A DNA stretch of 64,000 nucleotides, from the NCBI GenBank assembly GCA_965237715.1, contig CBDEGM010000003.1, forward strand, positions 1,746,375 to 1,810,374, written 5' to 3'. Numbering within the stretch: the first letter of the stretch is position 1; each line of letters starts with the position of its first letter. Below are positions 1 to 9,032 of this stretch, piece after piece. This stretch comes from Acidobacteriota bacterium (GTDB lineage Bacteria; Acidobacteriota; UBA6911; RPQK01; CBDEGM01). The position numbers were made by a program, and so were the translations under genes. The notes beneath the pieces are model-generated. The model searched no databases, had not been told where the DNA came from, and saw only the letters and a program-made list of their open reading frames with translations.

Positions 1-40
1 ACGATTGCCTTCCTCAACTGGAAAAGGAGGAGGTAAGCCT

Positions 41-101
41 CTTTGTGTCTTGGTGTCTTTGTGGTAAAAAATTCTCACCACAAAGACACAAACACACAAA
101 G
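41..101. promoter_or_regulatory. Long imperfect hairpin (24-bp arms CTTTGTGTCTTGGTGTCTTTGTGG / CCACAAAGACACAAACACACAAAG, 13-nt loop) just upstream of holA. A related half-site CCACAAGGCACAAAGACAC lies upstream of murJ (12270-12295)
   Basis: Read directly; 22 of 24 arm positions pair; RBS-like CTCTTCCTCAT follows. Confidence 0.35.
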
Positions 102-115
102 ACTCTCTTCCTCAT

Positions 116-1063
116 ATGAACTTTTCCAAGTTTCAGAAGTCGGCCCAGTCTCCACAACCGATTTACCTGCTTGCGAGTGAGCAGGAGTATCTGAAGAAGC
201 AAGTGCGCGATCACTGCGCAGCCCAGGTAGATGAAGAGACTCGAGTTTTCAACTGGTCCGCCTTTGATCTGCAGAAAGATTCTGTGGCGGAGCTCCTGGA
301 TACGGCGCGAACCCTCCCCTGGATGGCTCCCCGGCGCTGGATCTATGCCAAGAATGCGGATCTCAGCTGGGAGGCATTCTCAGAATACTTGAAGAATCCC
401 TGCCTCCACACGGTACTGATTCTTGAGGTTAAGAGAATCCCCTCGAAGTGGCCTGCACTTCCCGTCATCCAAGTGAGCGAGAGGCTTGACTGCTTACGCT
501 GGGTCAGACAGAGAGCAGCAAGTGAGGGTTATCAGATCGAGCCGGATGCGGCGCAGGCTCTGGTCGACCTGGTGGGAGAGGATCTCCAATCCCTGGATTC
601 GGAATTAGAAAAACAGTTTCTGTGGCAGCTGGAGGGCCGGGAGATCACGCTTGATTCGGTGATGGAAATGACCTTCCTGGTGCGGGGAGAGGAGATCTTT
701 GCTCTGATCGATGCGATCGCATCGAGGCAAGCGGGGGCGGCGCTGCATATTCTGAACCGACTTTGCAACACCGGCATGTCTTCTGCCCAGATTCTTTCCA
801 TGCTCTATTTGAATTTTCGGCGGCTGCTCGTTGCCCGGGAAATGCTGGATCGAGGAGTGTCTTTTCAGAGGGCCCTTTCGGAGCTCAAGATTTGGAGCTA
901 CAAGGGAAAAGAAAGTCAGGTCAGACAATACTCGACGCGCTTGCTCATCGAAACTCTCATTCGTCTGTGCGAAGCCGATCGCCTCTTGAAAACGACCCAA
1001 TCGGACTCTAGAGCTCATTTGGAACGGGTGGTCGTTGACACCTGTCGTGCCGGCTCTCTATAA
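116..1063 (+). CDS. holA: DNA polymerase III delta subunit
   Basis: 315-aa ORF with a typical HolA N-terminus and length; classic holA-rpsT neighbourhood. Confidence 0.75.
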   Translation: MNFSKFQKSAQSPQPIYLLASEQEYLKKQVRDHCAAQVDEETRVFNWSAFDLQKDSVAELLDTARTLPWMAPRRWIYAKNADLSWEAFSEYLKNPCLHTVLILEVKRIPSKWPALPVIQVSERLDCLRWVRQRAASEGYQIEPDAAQALVDLVGEDLQSLDSELEKQFLWQLEGREITLDSVMEMTFLVRGEEIFALIDAIASRQAGAALHILNRLCNTGMSSAQILSMLYLNFRRLLVAREMLDRGVSFQRALSELKIWSYKGKESQVRQYSTRLLIETLIRLCEADRLLKTTQSDSRAHLERVVVDTCRAGSL

Positions 1064-1100
1064 TAGCGTCTGTTTTGGCGCGGGAGGGCGCGAGACGAAC

Positions 1101-1382
1101 ATGGCCAATAGCAAGTCGGCAGAAAAGCGAGTGCGGCAGAATGAGAGACGGAGGATGATCAACCGGCGCAATCTGAGCCGGCTCAAGACCGAGATCAAGA
1201 AATTTCGGCGCCTCCTGCAGCAGGAAAATCTTGCCGGCGCTCAGAAAATGCTCTCCCAAGTCTACCGCGTAATTGACCGTTCCTCCCAGAAGGGTGTGAT
1301 TCATTCCAACACGGCGGACCGGTATAAGTCTAGACTGACCCGGCGTTTGAGCGTGCTTGCCGGGGGCGCCGTGCCCTCGTAA
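1101..1382 (+). CDS. rpsT: 30S ribosomal protein S20
   Basis: MANSKSAEKRVRQNERRR... is a canonical S20; ATG at 1101 (the ORF-track start at 1035 is an upstream extension). Confidence 0.9.
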   Translation: MANSKSAEKRVRQNERRRMINRRNLSRLKTEIKKFRRLLQQENLAGAQKMLSQVYRVIDRSSQKGVIHSNTADRYKSRLTRRLSVLAGGAVPS

Positions 1383-1403
1383 AGGAGCCAGCGAACCAGC
1401 CAT

Positions 1404-1740
1404 TTGAAGAAAATCGTCTTACCCGACCGGGGTGCGGAGATTCTTTTTTCCGGCCAGGATCAGAATATCCGCTTTTTGGAATCTCTGTTTCACATCAACA
1501 TCAGTGTCCGAGGCCCTCAGCTCTCTGGTTTTTGCCATCGGGCCCGCAGGTACGGGAAAAACCTATCTTGCCGTAGCCATGGGTATTTCTTTTCTGATGG
1601 CCAAAGTGGTGCAGCGAATCATTTTGGCAAATCTCCGGCCTCACTCAGGCTCGTCAACTTCTGGGTAACGTCGAGGGAATCGCCTTCTGCGAATTTGACC
1701 AGAGGGATGTGGTGCGCCACAGGCTGGTCAAGCTGATTAT
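1404..1740 (+). pseudogene. PhoH-like ATPase remnant split over two frames
   Basis: Frame 1 gives LESLFHINISVRGPQLSG; frame 2 gives FAIGPAGTGKTYLAVAMG (PhoH Walker A); no full-length ORF. Confidence 0.5.
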
Positions 1741-1830
1741 CCAGGCTTACCAAAAAGAAAGCTGACCGGCTCACCGGCTGAGAGAAAAAGCTGACCTGCT
1801 GACCTCCTGACCAGCTGACCGCTTTCATCG
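1741..1830. repeat. Cluster of short GCTGACC/GGTCAGC repeats; the same motif clusters at 11131-11185
   Basis: agctgacc x4 within 90 bp; REP-like. Confidence 0.35.
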
Positions 1831-1938
1831 TAAGGTCAGCTGTCTACGGTCACGACGCCTTCTCAGGCCGGCCCTTTTGCGTCCATAGATAAGAATGTAA
1901 GCTGGCTCTATGATCTGGAGCCTGAACAGGTCGAGGCC

Positions 1939-2853
1939 GTGAAACAAGACAGTGTTCAGATCATCGGGGTTCCGATGGATTTGGGAGCTGGACGCAGAGG
2001 CGTGGATATGGGACCCTCCGCTATACGCATTGGCGGGCTGCATCAAGAACTTCGCGAAATCGGCTTTCGGGTCAAGGACAGTGGGAACATTGAGGTCAAG
2101 ATTCAGGAAGAAGCTCACTTCGGCGAGAAGAGACAGATGTACCTTCGAGAAATCTCCCAGGTGTGCAGGCAGTTGGCCCACTATCTCATTCAGGCTCTGG
2201 AGGAAGAGAAGCTTCCCGTGATCCTGGGCGGTGATCACTCCCTTGCCGCCGGAAGTATTGCCGGAACTGCTTCATTTCATCGGAGACAAAAAAAGAAGAT
2301 CGGCTTGATCTGGATGGACGCTCACACGGACATGAACGTCCCGGAAACCAGCCCTTCCGGGAATGTTCATGGGATGCCTCTGGCGGCAGTCATGGGACTC
2401 GGTCCCGGCGAGCTGAGTGAAATCGAGGGCTTTTCGCCCAAAATAGAAGTGGAAAACGTCACGCTCATTGGGACCCGAAATATTGATCCCCGGGAAAGGC
2501 AGAGACTCAAGGAGAAACAGATGCGGGTCATCACCATGAAAGAGCTGGATATGCGAGGCATGAAATCGGTCATGGAAGAGGCCCTGCAGCAGGCGACGCA
2601 GGGAACGGAGGGATTTCACTGCAGCTTTGATCTGGATGCTGTTGATCCCCAGGTGGCACCGGGCGTGGGAACACCCGTTCGGGGGGGAATGACCTATCGA
2701 GAAGCCCACCTTGCCATGGAAATGGTCTGGGATAGCCGCAAACTCCTGTCCCTCGACTTTGTGGAGGTAAACCCCGTGCTGGACCGAGGTAACATTACGG
2801 GTTTATTGGCGGTCGAGCTGATCTGCTCGGCACTGGGAAAGAAGATCCTGTGA
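1939..2853 (+). CDS. Arginase-family ureohydrolase (arginase-like)
   Basis: GGDHSLA, DAHTDMN and SFDLDAVDP motifs for the binuclear Mn site; 304 aa; GTG start. Confidence 0.8.
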   Translation: MKQDSVQIIGVPMDLGAGRRGVDMGPSAIRIGGLHQELREIGFRVKDSGNIEVKIQEEAHFGEKRQMYLREISQVCRQLAHYLIQALEEEKLPVILGGDHSLAAGSIAGTASFHRRQKKKIGLIWMDAHTDMNVPETSPSGNVHGMPLAAVMGLGPGELSEIEGFSPKIEVENVTLIGTRNIDPRERQRLKEKQMRVITMKELDMRGMKSVMEEALQQATQGTEGFHCSFDLDAVDPQVAPGVGTPVRGGMTYREAHLAMEMVWDSRKLLSLDFVEVNPVLDRGNITGLLAVELICSALGKKIL

Positions 2854-2854
2854 A

Positions 2855-3913
2855 ATGATGCAACATGTCCTCACCCTTTGCGGGGGTCGATCGGCTGAGC
2901 ATGAGGTGTCTCTGCTCTCCGCATCTTCGATCATAAACAGACTCGATCGAACAAAGTATCGCACTTCGGTTGTCGGAATAAAAAGGGACGGATCTCTCTA
3001 CCCCCCACAAGCGATACGAGACAAGCTGGAGATTGATCCGGGCAGGGAAATCCAGTTTCCTTCGGGTGATCACTGGATGGGTTTGTTGATCCAACTGCAT
3101 CCGCCCGTCGATATCGTTTTCCCGGTTCTGCACGGCCCTTTCGGCGAAGATGGGACCGTGCAAGGAGCACTTGAGCTCTTGGATCTCCCCTACGTGGGAG
3201 CGGGAGTTTGGGGTTCCGCCGTGGGGATGGATAAGATCCACAGCAAGCGACTACTGGCAGGTTCCGGCCTGCCTGTGCTTCCACACCTGGCAGTAGCCAC
3301 GACACAGTGGCAGGAGGGAGCAGAGGGCATGCTGGCGCTCGCGGAGAGGAAATTGGATTATCCGATGTTTGTCAAGCCGGCCAACATGGGTTCCTCCGTG
3401 GGGATCAACAAGAGCAAGAACCGTCAGCAGCTGGCGGAGCATGTCCAGATTGCGTTTCAATACGACGGGTTTATCGTTATCGAACAGGGAATCGAGGCGC
3501 GTGAAATTGAAGTTGCTGTTTTGGGAAATCTAGAGGCGAGGGCTTCTGTTGCGGGTGAGATCATCCCCTCGCGAGAGTTTTACTCCTACGAGTCCAAGTA
3601 TGTGGATACAACGACCCAGTTGTTGATTCCAGCCCCGGTATCTGAAATGGAGATGGAGGAGGTTCGGGACCTTGCCTTGAAAGCTTACAAGGCCCTTCAG
3701 CTGGAAGGGATGGCGAGGGTAGACTTTCTGATGGACAGGAAGAATGGCCGGTTTTGGATCAGCGAGCCAAACACCATTCCAGGTTTTACTCAGATCAGTA
3801 TGTATCCGAAACTCTGGGAGGCCTCCGGGTTGCCCTATCAGAAGCTGTTGGATGAACTCATTGAGCTGGGCCTGGAGCGGTACCGGCGGCGGCGGTTTTC
3901 GACGGAGCGATGA
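2855..3913 (+). CDS. ddl: D-alanine--D-alanine ligase
   Basis: ATP-grasp Ddl pattern (GPFGEDGTVQG..LLD.PYVG; C-terminal EPNTIPGFT). Confidence 0.85.
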   Translation: MMQHVLTLCGGRSAEHEVSLLSASSIINRLDRTKYRTSVVGIKRDGSLYPPQAIRDKLEIDPGREIQFPSGDHWMGLLIQLHPPVDIVFPVLHGPFGEDGTVQGALELLDLPYVGAGVWGSAVGMDKIHSKRLLAGSGLPVLPHLAVATTQWQEGAEGMLALAERKLDYPMFVKPANMGSSVGINKSKNRQQLAEHVQIAFQYDGFIVIEQGIEAREIEVAVLGNLEARASVAGEIIPSREFYSYESKYVDTTTQLLIPAPVSEMEMEEVRDLALKAYKALQLEGMARVDFLMDRKNGRFWISEPNTIPGFTQISMYPKLWEASGLPYQKLLDELIELGLERYRRRRFSTER

Positions 3914-3922
3914 TGGGAACTA

Positions 3923-4138
3923 GCCTGCATTTTTCATCACCCCTCTACTGCATCGGTGTCGCCTTCACCTGAGCGAAGTGAAGAAATCATCCGTCCTAAC
4001 TGCGTTGCGCTCGTTCGGCCTTCTCGACGTACTGCAAGAGTACGTCTCCGGGGGCCTCGGTCGCGCGCCTTGTCAGGCCGGCCCTTCCGCCGCTTGACAC
4101 GAGTGTCTTCGTAACGAGCAGTGATGAGAAATGCAGGC
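3923..4138. repeat. 216-bp element bounded by 18-bp perfect inverted repeats GCCTGCATTTTTCATCAC, with internal hairpins (one with a GCAA tetraloop). Candidate small MITE or structured RNA
   Basis: IRs at 3923-3940 and 4121-4138; internal stems cttcac..gtgaag and gacgtact-gcaa-gagtacgtc. Confidence 0.35.
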
Positions 4139-4185
4139 CAGTACTCCCTGCCATAAATACGATGACGTATGCTTACGCGGGTAAT

Positions 4186-4257
4186 CCCGCGGATCACACA
4201 GATTATCCGCGGCTATCCGTGTCCATCCGTGAGATCCGCGTGCTGATCCGCGGGATC
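4186..4257 (+). promoter_or_regulatory. Four spaced copies of a GATCCGCGG / CCGCGGAT motif upstream of the DUF465 gene; candidate operator array
   Basis: Motifs at 4186, 4205, 4233 and 4245. Confidence 0.3.
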
Positions 4258-4355
4258 TTCTTGATTGGACGAACTCGATCTGCTAGATTGAGCGCCAGGA
4301 AATGCTTCCAGGCAAGCCAGCCAAGCTGAAGACCCAACTCAGAGGGGGGATCAAT

Positions 4356-4586
4356 ATGGAAGGTACGAGTGTCAAAGAGCGCTTGATTAGAAGCGATCAT
4401 GATTTCCGAAAGCTGGCGGAACAACACCGGGAATATGAACGCCAGTTGGACGAATTAGTTCATAGGCCCTACCTCAACGAACAGGACCGGCTGCAAGAGA
4501 CGATGATCAAGAAGAAAAAGCTGGCCATTAAGGATCAAATGCAGATCCTCATTGATCGGTATCAATCAGAGCAGTCGCTGCGCTGA
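4356..4586 (+). CDS. DUF465 (YdcH-like) small protein
   Basis: 76-aa coiled-coil protein; strong GAGGGGGG RBS before the ATG at 4356. Confidence 0.55.
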   Translation: MEGTSVKERLIRSDHDFRKLAEQHREYERQLDELVHRPYLNEQDRLQETMIKKKKLAIKDQMQILIDRYQSEQSLR

Positions 4587-4657
4587 ACCCGCTTTTGGAA
4601 GTTCGTTAGCTGGCCCGTTGGAGGGCGCGAGCTGCGTCTTTCAGCGGGTTTTTTTGT
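4587..4657 (+). terminator. Stem (aacccgct / agcgggtt) followed by TTTTTTT
   Basis: Hairpin and poly-T immediately downstream of the DUF465 gene. Confidence 0.4.
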
Positions 4658-4666
4658 TGCTGCACC

Positions 4667-5269
4667 ATGGTCAAAGATGCCTACTACTTTCTCATTCCAG
4701 CTATGGCCCTGGCGATCGGTGCATTCTACGCAGGAATGGAAGCACTCACCTGGCTCGGGTTTGCGTTAGCTGCTTTTCTCGCTCTTTTCTTCAGGGATCC
4801 GAACCGTGAGGTTCCCGCCGATCCCAATGTGGTGGTGAGTCCCGCTGATGGAAAGATCATCCGGTTGACCGCGGACGAAACCGGAACAACCTTGAGCATT
4901 TTTCTTTCCGTTTTTGATGTGCACGTGAATCGCGCGCCCGTCGGAGGTGTGATACTCAGGCAGGAGTATCAACCGGGCAGGTTCCTGCCCGCTTTTGACC
5001 AGCGGGCTTCGCTGGAAAATGAGCGAATGATTGTGACTATCGAAGGGAATCGTAAACTCACTTTTTCTCTGATCGCTGGAGTCGTGGCACGTCGTATCGT
5101 GGCCTGGAAAAGGGAAGGGGACCGAGTCTGCAAAGGTGATAGAATAGCTTTCATCCGATTCGGCAGTCGGGTCGACCTTTTCCTGCCTCCCGATTGTGAA
5201 GTAACTGTCAGGAAGGGCGATCGGGTTCGAGGGGGAAGCAGCGTGATCGGTTACTGGAGGGCTTCGTGA
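4667..5269 (+). CDS. psd: Phosphatidylserine decarboxylase proenzyme (short archaeal-type)
   Basis: 200 aa; FDVHVNRAPVGGVI and FGSRVDL motifs. Confidence 0.85.
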   Translation: MVKDAYYFLIPAMALAIGAFYAGMEALTWLGFALAAFLALFFRDPNREVPADPNVVVSPADGKIIRLTADETGTTLSIFLSVFDVHVNRAPVGGVILRQEYQPGRFLPAFDQRASLENERMIVTIEGNRKLTFSLIAGVVARRIVAWKREGDRVCKGDRIAFIRFGSRVDLFLPPDCEVTVRKGDRVRGGSSVIGYWRAS

Positions 5270-5289
5270 AGACGAGGAAAAGGCGAATC

Positions 5290-6069
5290 ATGGTCAAGGA
5301 GGCCGAACAGGTCTTCAGTCCTCGCAAAAAGCTGCGTCGGAGCATCTATCTGCTTCCGACCGTTTTTACGGTAGGAAACCTATTCGCCGGATTCTTTGCC
5401 CTGATCTCCACCTTGAACGAGGAATACCAGAGTGCGGCTGTGGCGATAGGGATTGCCGTTCTTTTGGATGGTCTGGATGGCCGCGTGGCGCGGCTGGCAA
5501 ACGCTACCAGCGACTTTGGCCTTCAACTGGATTCACTGGCGGATGTCGTCAGCTTCGGGATTGCCCCTTCAATCCTGATCTACTCTTGGGGCCTCGCGGA
5601 TCTTGGGGACTTTGCCCGCCTCTCCTCTTTTGTTTTTCTCATCTGCGGTGTCATGCGACTGGCGCGCTTTAACGCGCAGGTGCAGGAACTCAGGCAGTTT
5701 ATGGGGTTGCCAATTCCTGCCGGTGCCGGTTTTGTGGCCGCCACCGTACACTTCTTCGGGCAGCCTCCCGCGACTGGACTTTTCAAGTTCTATCTGGTGA
5801 TCATCACTTTTCTGATCGCGTTCCTGATGATTAGCACCATTCGTTATCCTTCTTTGAAGCAGCTCGACCTGGGGCGGGGAAAATCCCATCTGAACGTGCT
5901 GTTTCTCGCTCTGCTGATGGCAAGCTTGATCTGGTATTCCCAGACCGTTCTGATGGCGGTTGCCGCGGTTTACATTTCTACCGGCATTTTCATCCGCCTC
6001 TATCAATTTGTGAGATACCGCATTCGCAAGGCTGAAGAATTTCCCGCCCAGGAACCCTACCCAGAGTAG
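5290..6069 (+). CDS. pssA: CDP-diacylglycerol--serine O-phosphatidyltransferase
   Basis: CDP-alcohol phosphatidyltransferase motif DGLDGRVAR...DSLADVVSFG; start could alternatively be the GTG at 5266. Confidence 0.8.
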   Translation: MVKEAEQVFSPRKKLRRSIYLLPTVFTVGNLFAGFFALISTLNEEYQSAAVAIGIAVLLDGLDGRVARLANATSDFGLQLDSLADVVSFGIAPSILIYSWGLADLGDFARLSSFVFLICGVMRLARFNAQVQELRQFMGLPIPAGAGFVAATVHFFGQPPATGLFKFYLVIITFLIAFLMISTIRYPSLKQLDLGRGKSHLNVLFLALLMASLIWYSQTVLMAVAAVYISTGIFIRLYQFVRYRIRKAEEFPAQEPYPE

Positions 6070-6077
6070 ACCGACAG

Positions 6078-7436
6078 ATGCAGAAGCCCCATGTTTTAGC
6101 AGGATCGGTCCGGAAACTCCTCAGACGCCAGGCCCACGGCCACGTTGCAAAGGTTCTCGACAAGCTACGCCCTGGAGACGTCTCTTCCATCATGATGGAG
6201 CTCAATGAACGCGACCAGTCCTCTCTCTTTACCGTGCTGATGAAGCACAGTCGGCAACACGCCGCGGAAACCCTAAAGGACCTGGACCTGGAAGTGGGGC
6301 TGGAGCTGTTGAAGCGATTTCCCAGTCAGGAAATCACGCAGGTGCTCCGAGAACTGAAAACTGATGACGTGGTCGGCTTTATCTCTGCCTTGCCGGAGGA
6401 ACTGGCGCAAGAAGTCATGGAAGGAATGAGGGTTGAGGAATCGAACGAGATCCAGGAGCTGCTCCAACACGAGGAAGAGACGGCGGGTCGAATCATGACG
6501 CCGAACGTTTTTGCATTGCGGGAAGATCTTTCGGTGAGCGAAGCCGTACACACGATTCAGACGACCGAAGAACTGGAGATGGTTTTTTACCTGTATGTCG
6601 TGGATGAGCGGAATCACCTCGTGGGTGTCGTCTCACTCCGGCAACTGCTGATGACTCCTCCCGTAGCGCTTTTGAAAGAGGTCATGTCTACAGATTTGAT
6701 CTCTGTAGGAACCGATACCGATCAGGAAGAAGTGGCCCGCCAGATCGCTCTCTACGATCTGTTGGCGATCCCGGTTGTGAATCATGAGAACAAGCTGATG
6801 GGTGTAGTCACGGTGGATGACATTATCGACGTCATTAAGGAGGAGGCCACCGAGGATATTTTCTATCTGGCGGGTGTCGTGGACGATCACATTTACACAT
6901 CGCCCAGAGCCTCGATTGGAAAAAGGCTTCCCTGGCTGGTGATGAATCTGGCAACGGCTTTGATCGCTGCTACCGTGGTAGCCTTCTACGAACCCACCAT
7001 AGCGAGTTTCGCTTTCCTGGCAGTTTTTCTCCCCGTAGTAGCCGGGATGGGAGGAAACTGCGGCACATAAACTCTCACCGTCATGGTCCGAGGATTGGCG
7101 CTGGGCGAGATCAGTTGGGGAACGAGCCGTTCAACTATTTTCAAAGAGGTCGTCGTGGGGACCGCCAATGGCTTGGCCACGGGAGTTCTGGCGGGAGCGG
7201 TCGCATATCTGTGGAAAGGGAATTTCATTCTTGGATTGGTCCTTGGGGCCGCAATGATCATCAACATGTTTGTCGCCGGGATCGTGGGCACTCTGATACC
7301 TCTCTTCTTGAAGAGGATTAATGTCGACCCTGCCATCGCCTCGAGTATCTTTCTCACTACCTTCACAGACGTCATTGGTTTTCTTTCCTTTCTGGGATTG
7401 GCCACGCTGCTGCAGCAACACCTTCCGACAACATGA
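6078..7436 (+). pseudogene. mgtE: Magnesium transporter MgtE interrupted by an in-frame TAA (7068-7070) at the conserved GNxGTQ position
   Basis: ORFs 6078-7070 and 7083-7436 are in the same frame; the stop sits where MgtE has the conserved Gln (GNAGTQSLTV). Confidence 0.7.
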
Positions 7437-8077
7437 ATCTGCACCAGTCTGAGGCGCTGACCCTCAGGACGTACTCGTACGCAGAATCCGACAAGATTGT
7501 GGTTTTCCTGTCTCGACAATTTGGGAAAGTCCGGGGGATCGCCTACGGCGCTAAGAAACCGAAGAGCCGTTTTGGCGGCAGCTTGGAGCCGCTGACTCAA
7601 GTCCAGCTCACCTTCTCCCGAAAAGAAGGACAGGAGCTGGCCGTTATCCGCAATTGTGAAATCCTGCATGCCGTTCCGATCCATAGGCTCAAGTGGGAAG
7701 TCAACCTGCATCTGAGCTATTTTGCCGAGCTGTTAGTGGAGTTCGGAAAGGAGGGAGAGGAGAGCGAGCGGCTCTTTCGATTGACCAGAGCCGTCCTGGA
7801 AGCTGTTCGGGAGGTCAGTATTCAATGCGTGGCTCGCTATTTCGAATTGTGGCTCCTGAGGCTGGAAGGGGTTTTGCCCAGTCTGGAGGATCACCTTCCC
7901 CCGGATCTGGTCGCCAAGATCGAAGCCATGCTGAAGCTTCACCCAGCACGACTTGGGGATTTCGATTTCACAGCAGATGAGGCGAAAACGTTAGAAACCC
8001 TGTCAGGGGACTTGATAGAATACCACCTGGAAAAGCGGTTGAAAGCGCGGAAGTTGTTGAGGGAGCTGTTGCGTTGA
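7433..8077 (+). CDS. recO: DNA repair protein RecO
   Basis: N-terminal OB-fold pattern and length. Confidence 0.8.
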   Translation: MNLHQSEALTLRTYSYAESDKIVVFLSRQFGKVRGIAYGAKKPKSRFGGSLEPLTQVQLTFSRKEGQELAVIRNCEILHAVPIHRLKWEVNLHLSYFAELLVEFGKEGEESERLFRLTRAVLEAVREVSIQCVARYFELWLLRLEGVLPSLEDHLPPDLVAKIEAMLKLHPARLGDFDFTADEAKTLETLSGDLIEYHLEKRLKARKLLRELLR

Positions 8078-8150
8078 GGGTTATTAGATTTGGATTTCTA
8101 CACCCATCCTATTTGGGAGCGAAACACATAGCCATTTAACTTTTTTCGCC

Positions 8151-9032
8151 ATGAAGAGTGCGGAAAACACGCCACTCCCATTCCAGGAGGTCGTCCACCA
8201 GTTATTGGGCTACTGGATGGAGTGCGGCTGCGCTGTGCAACAGCCCTATGATGTGGAGATGGGCGCCGGGACCATGCATCCAGAAACCTTCTTTCGAGTT
8301 CTGGGGCCCGAGCCCTACCGAGTCACCTATGTGCAGCCCTCACGCCGTCCGACCGATGGACGTTACGGGGAAAACCCCAATCGCGTCTATCGTCATCACC
8401 AACTTCAGGTAATCTTGAAGCCCGCTCCCGATCTGATACAGGAGATGTATCTGGAGAGTCTTCTCAGGCTGGGCATTCCACTAAAAAAGCATGATTTGCG
8501 TTTCGAAGAAGACAACTGGGAGAGCCCCACCCTGGGTGCTTGGGGCATCGGTTGGCAAGTCTTGCTCGATGGCTTGGAGATTACTCAGTTTACCTACTTC
8601 CAGCAGGCGGGTGGGCGGGATCTGATGCCGATTTCGGGGGAGATTACTTATGGTCTCGAGCGCATCGCCGCCTTCATCAATGGGGTCGACAGCGTCTTCG
8701 ATCTGAAGTGGAACGCGGACCTTACCTACGGAGACGTGAGAAGGCGCGAAGAGGCCGAGTTTTCAAAGTACAACTTCGAGCTCGCTGACAAGGAAATGCT
8801 TTTCCAGCTCTTCCATCTTTACGAACAAGAGTGTCTTCGATGTCTGGAGAGTACCTGCCTGCTGCCGGCATATGACTATTGCCTGAAGTGCTCTCACACC
8901 TTTAATCTGCTCGAAAGTCGAGGGGCGATCAGTGTCACCGAGCGAGTGGGCCTTATTACCCGGATTCGGAGCCTCGCTGTCAGAATCGCCGACCAGTACC
9001 TGGAGCATGAAGAAGAACAAGTTCCTCTTTGA
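8151..9032 (+). CDS. glyQ: Glycine--tRNA ligase alpha subunit
   Basis: Highly conserved GlyQ motifs ([19 protein letters not shown]). Confidence 0.9.
   Translation: MKSAENTPLPFQEVVHQLLGYWMECGCAVQQPYDVEMGAGTMHPETFFRVLGPEPYRVTYVQPSRRPTDGRYGENPNRVYRHHQLQVILKPAPDLIQEMYLESLLRLGIPLKKHDLRFEEDNWESPTLGAWGIGWQVLLDGLEITQFTYFQQAGGRDLMPISGEITYGLERIAAFINGVDSVFDLKWNADLTYGDVRRREEAEFSKYNFELADKEMLFQLFHLYEQECLRCLESTCLLPAYDYCLKCSHTFNLLESRGAISVTERVGLITRIRSLAVRIADQYLEHEEEQVPL

Noticed and set aside
605-1018. 137-aa and 89-aa minus-strand ORFs inside holA, and 82-aa or 131-aa ORFs overlapping rpsT
   Set aside because: They are antisense or overlapping ORFs within well-supported genes and have no motif support.
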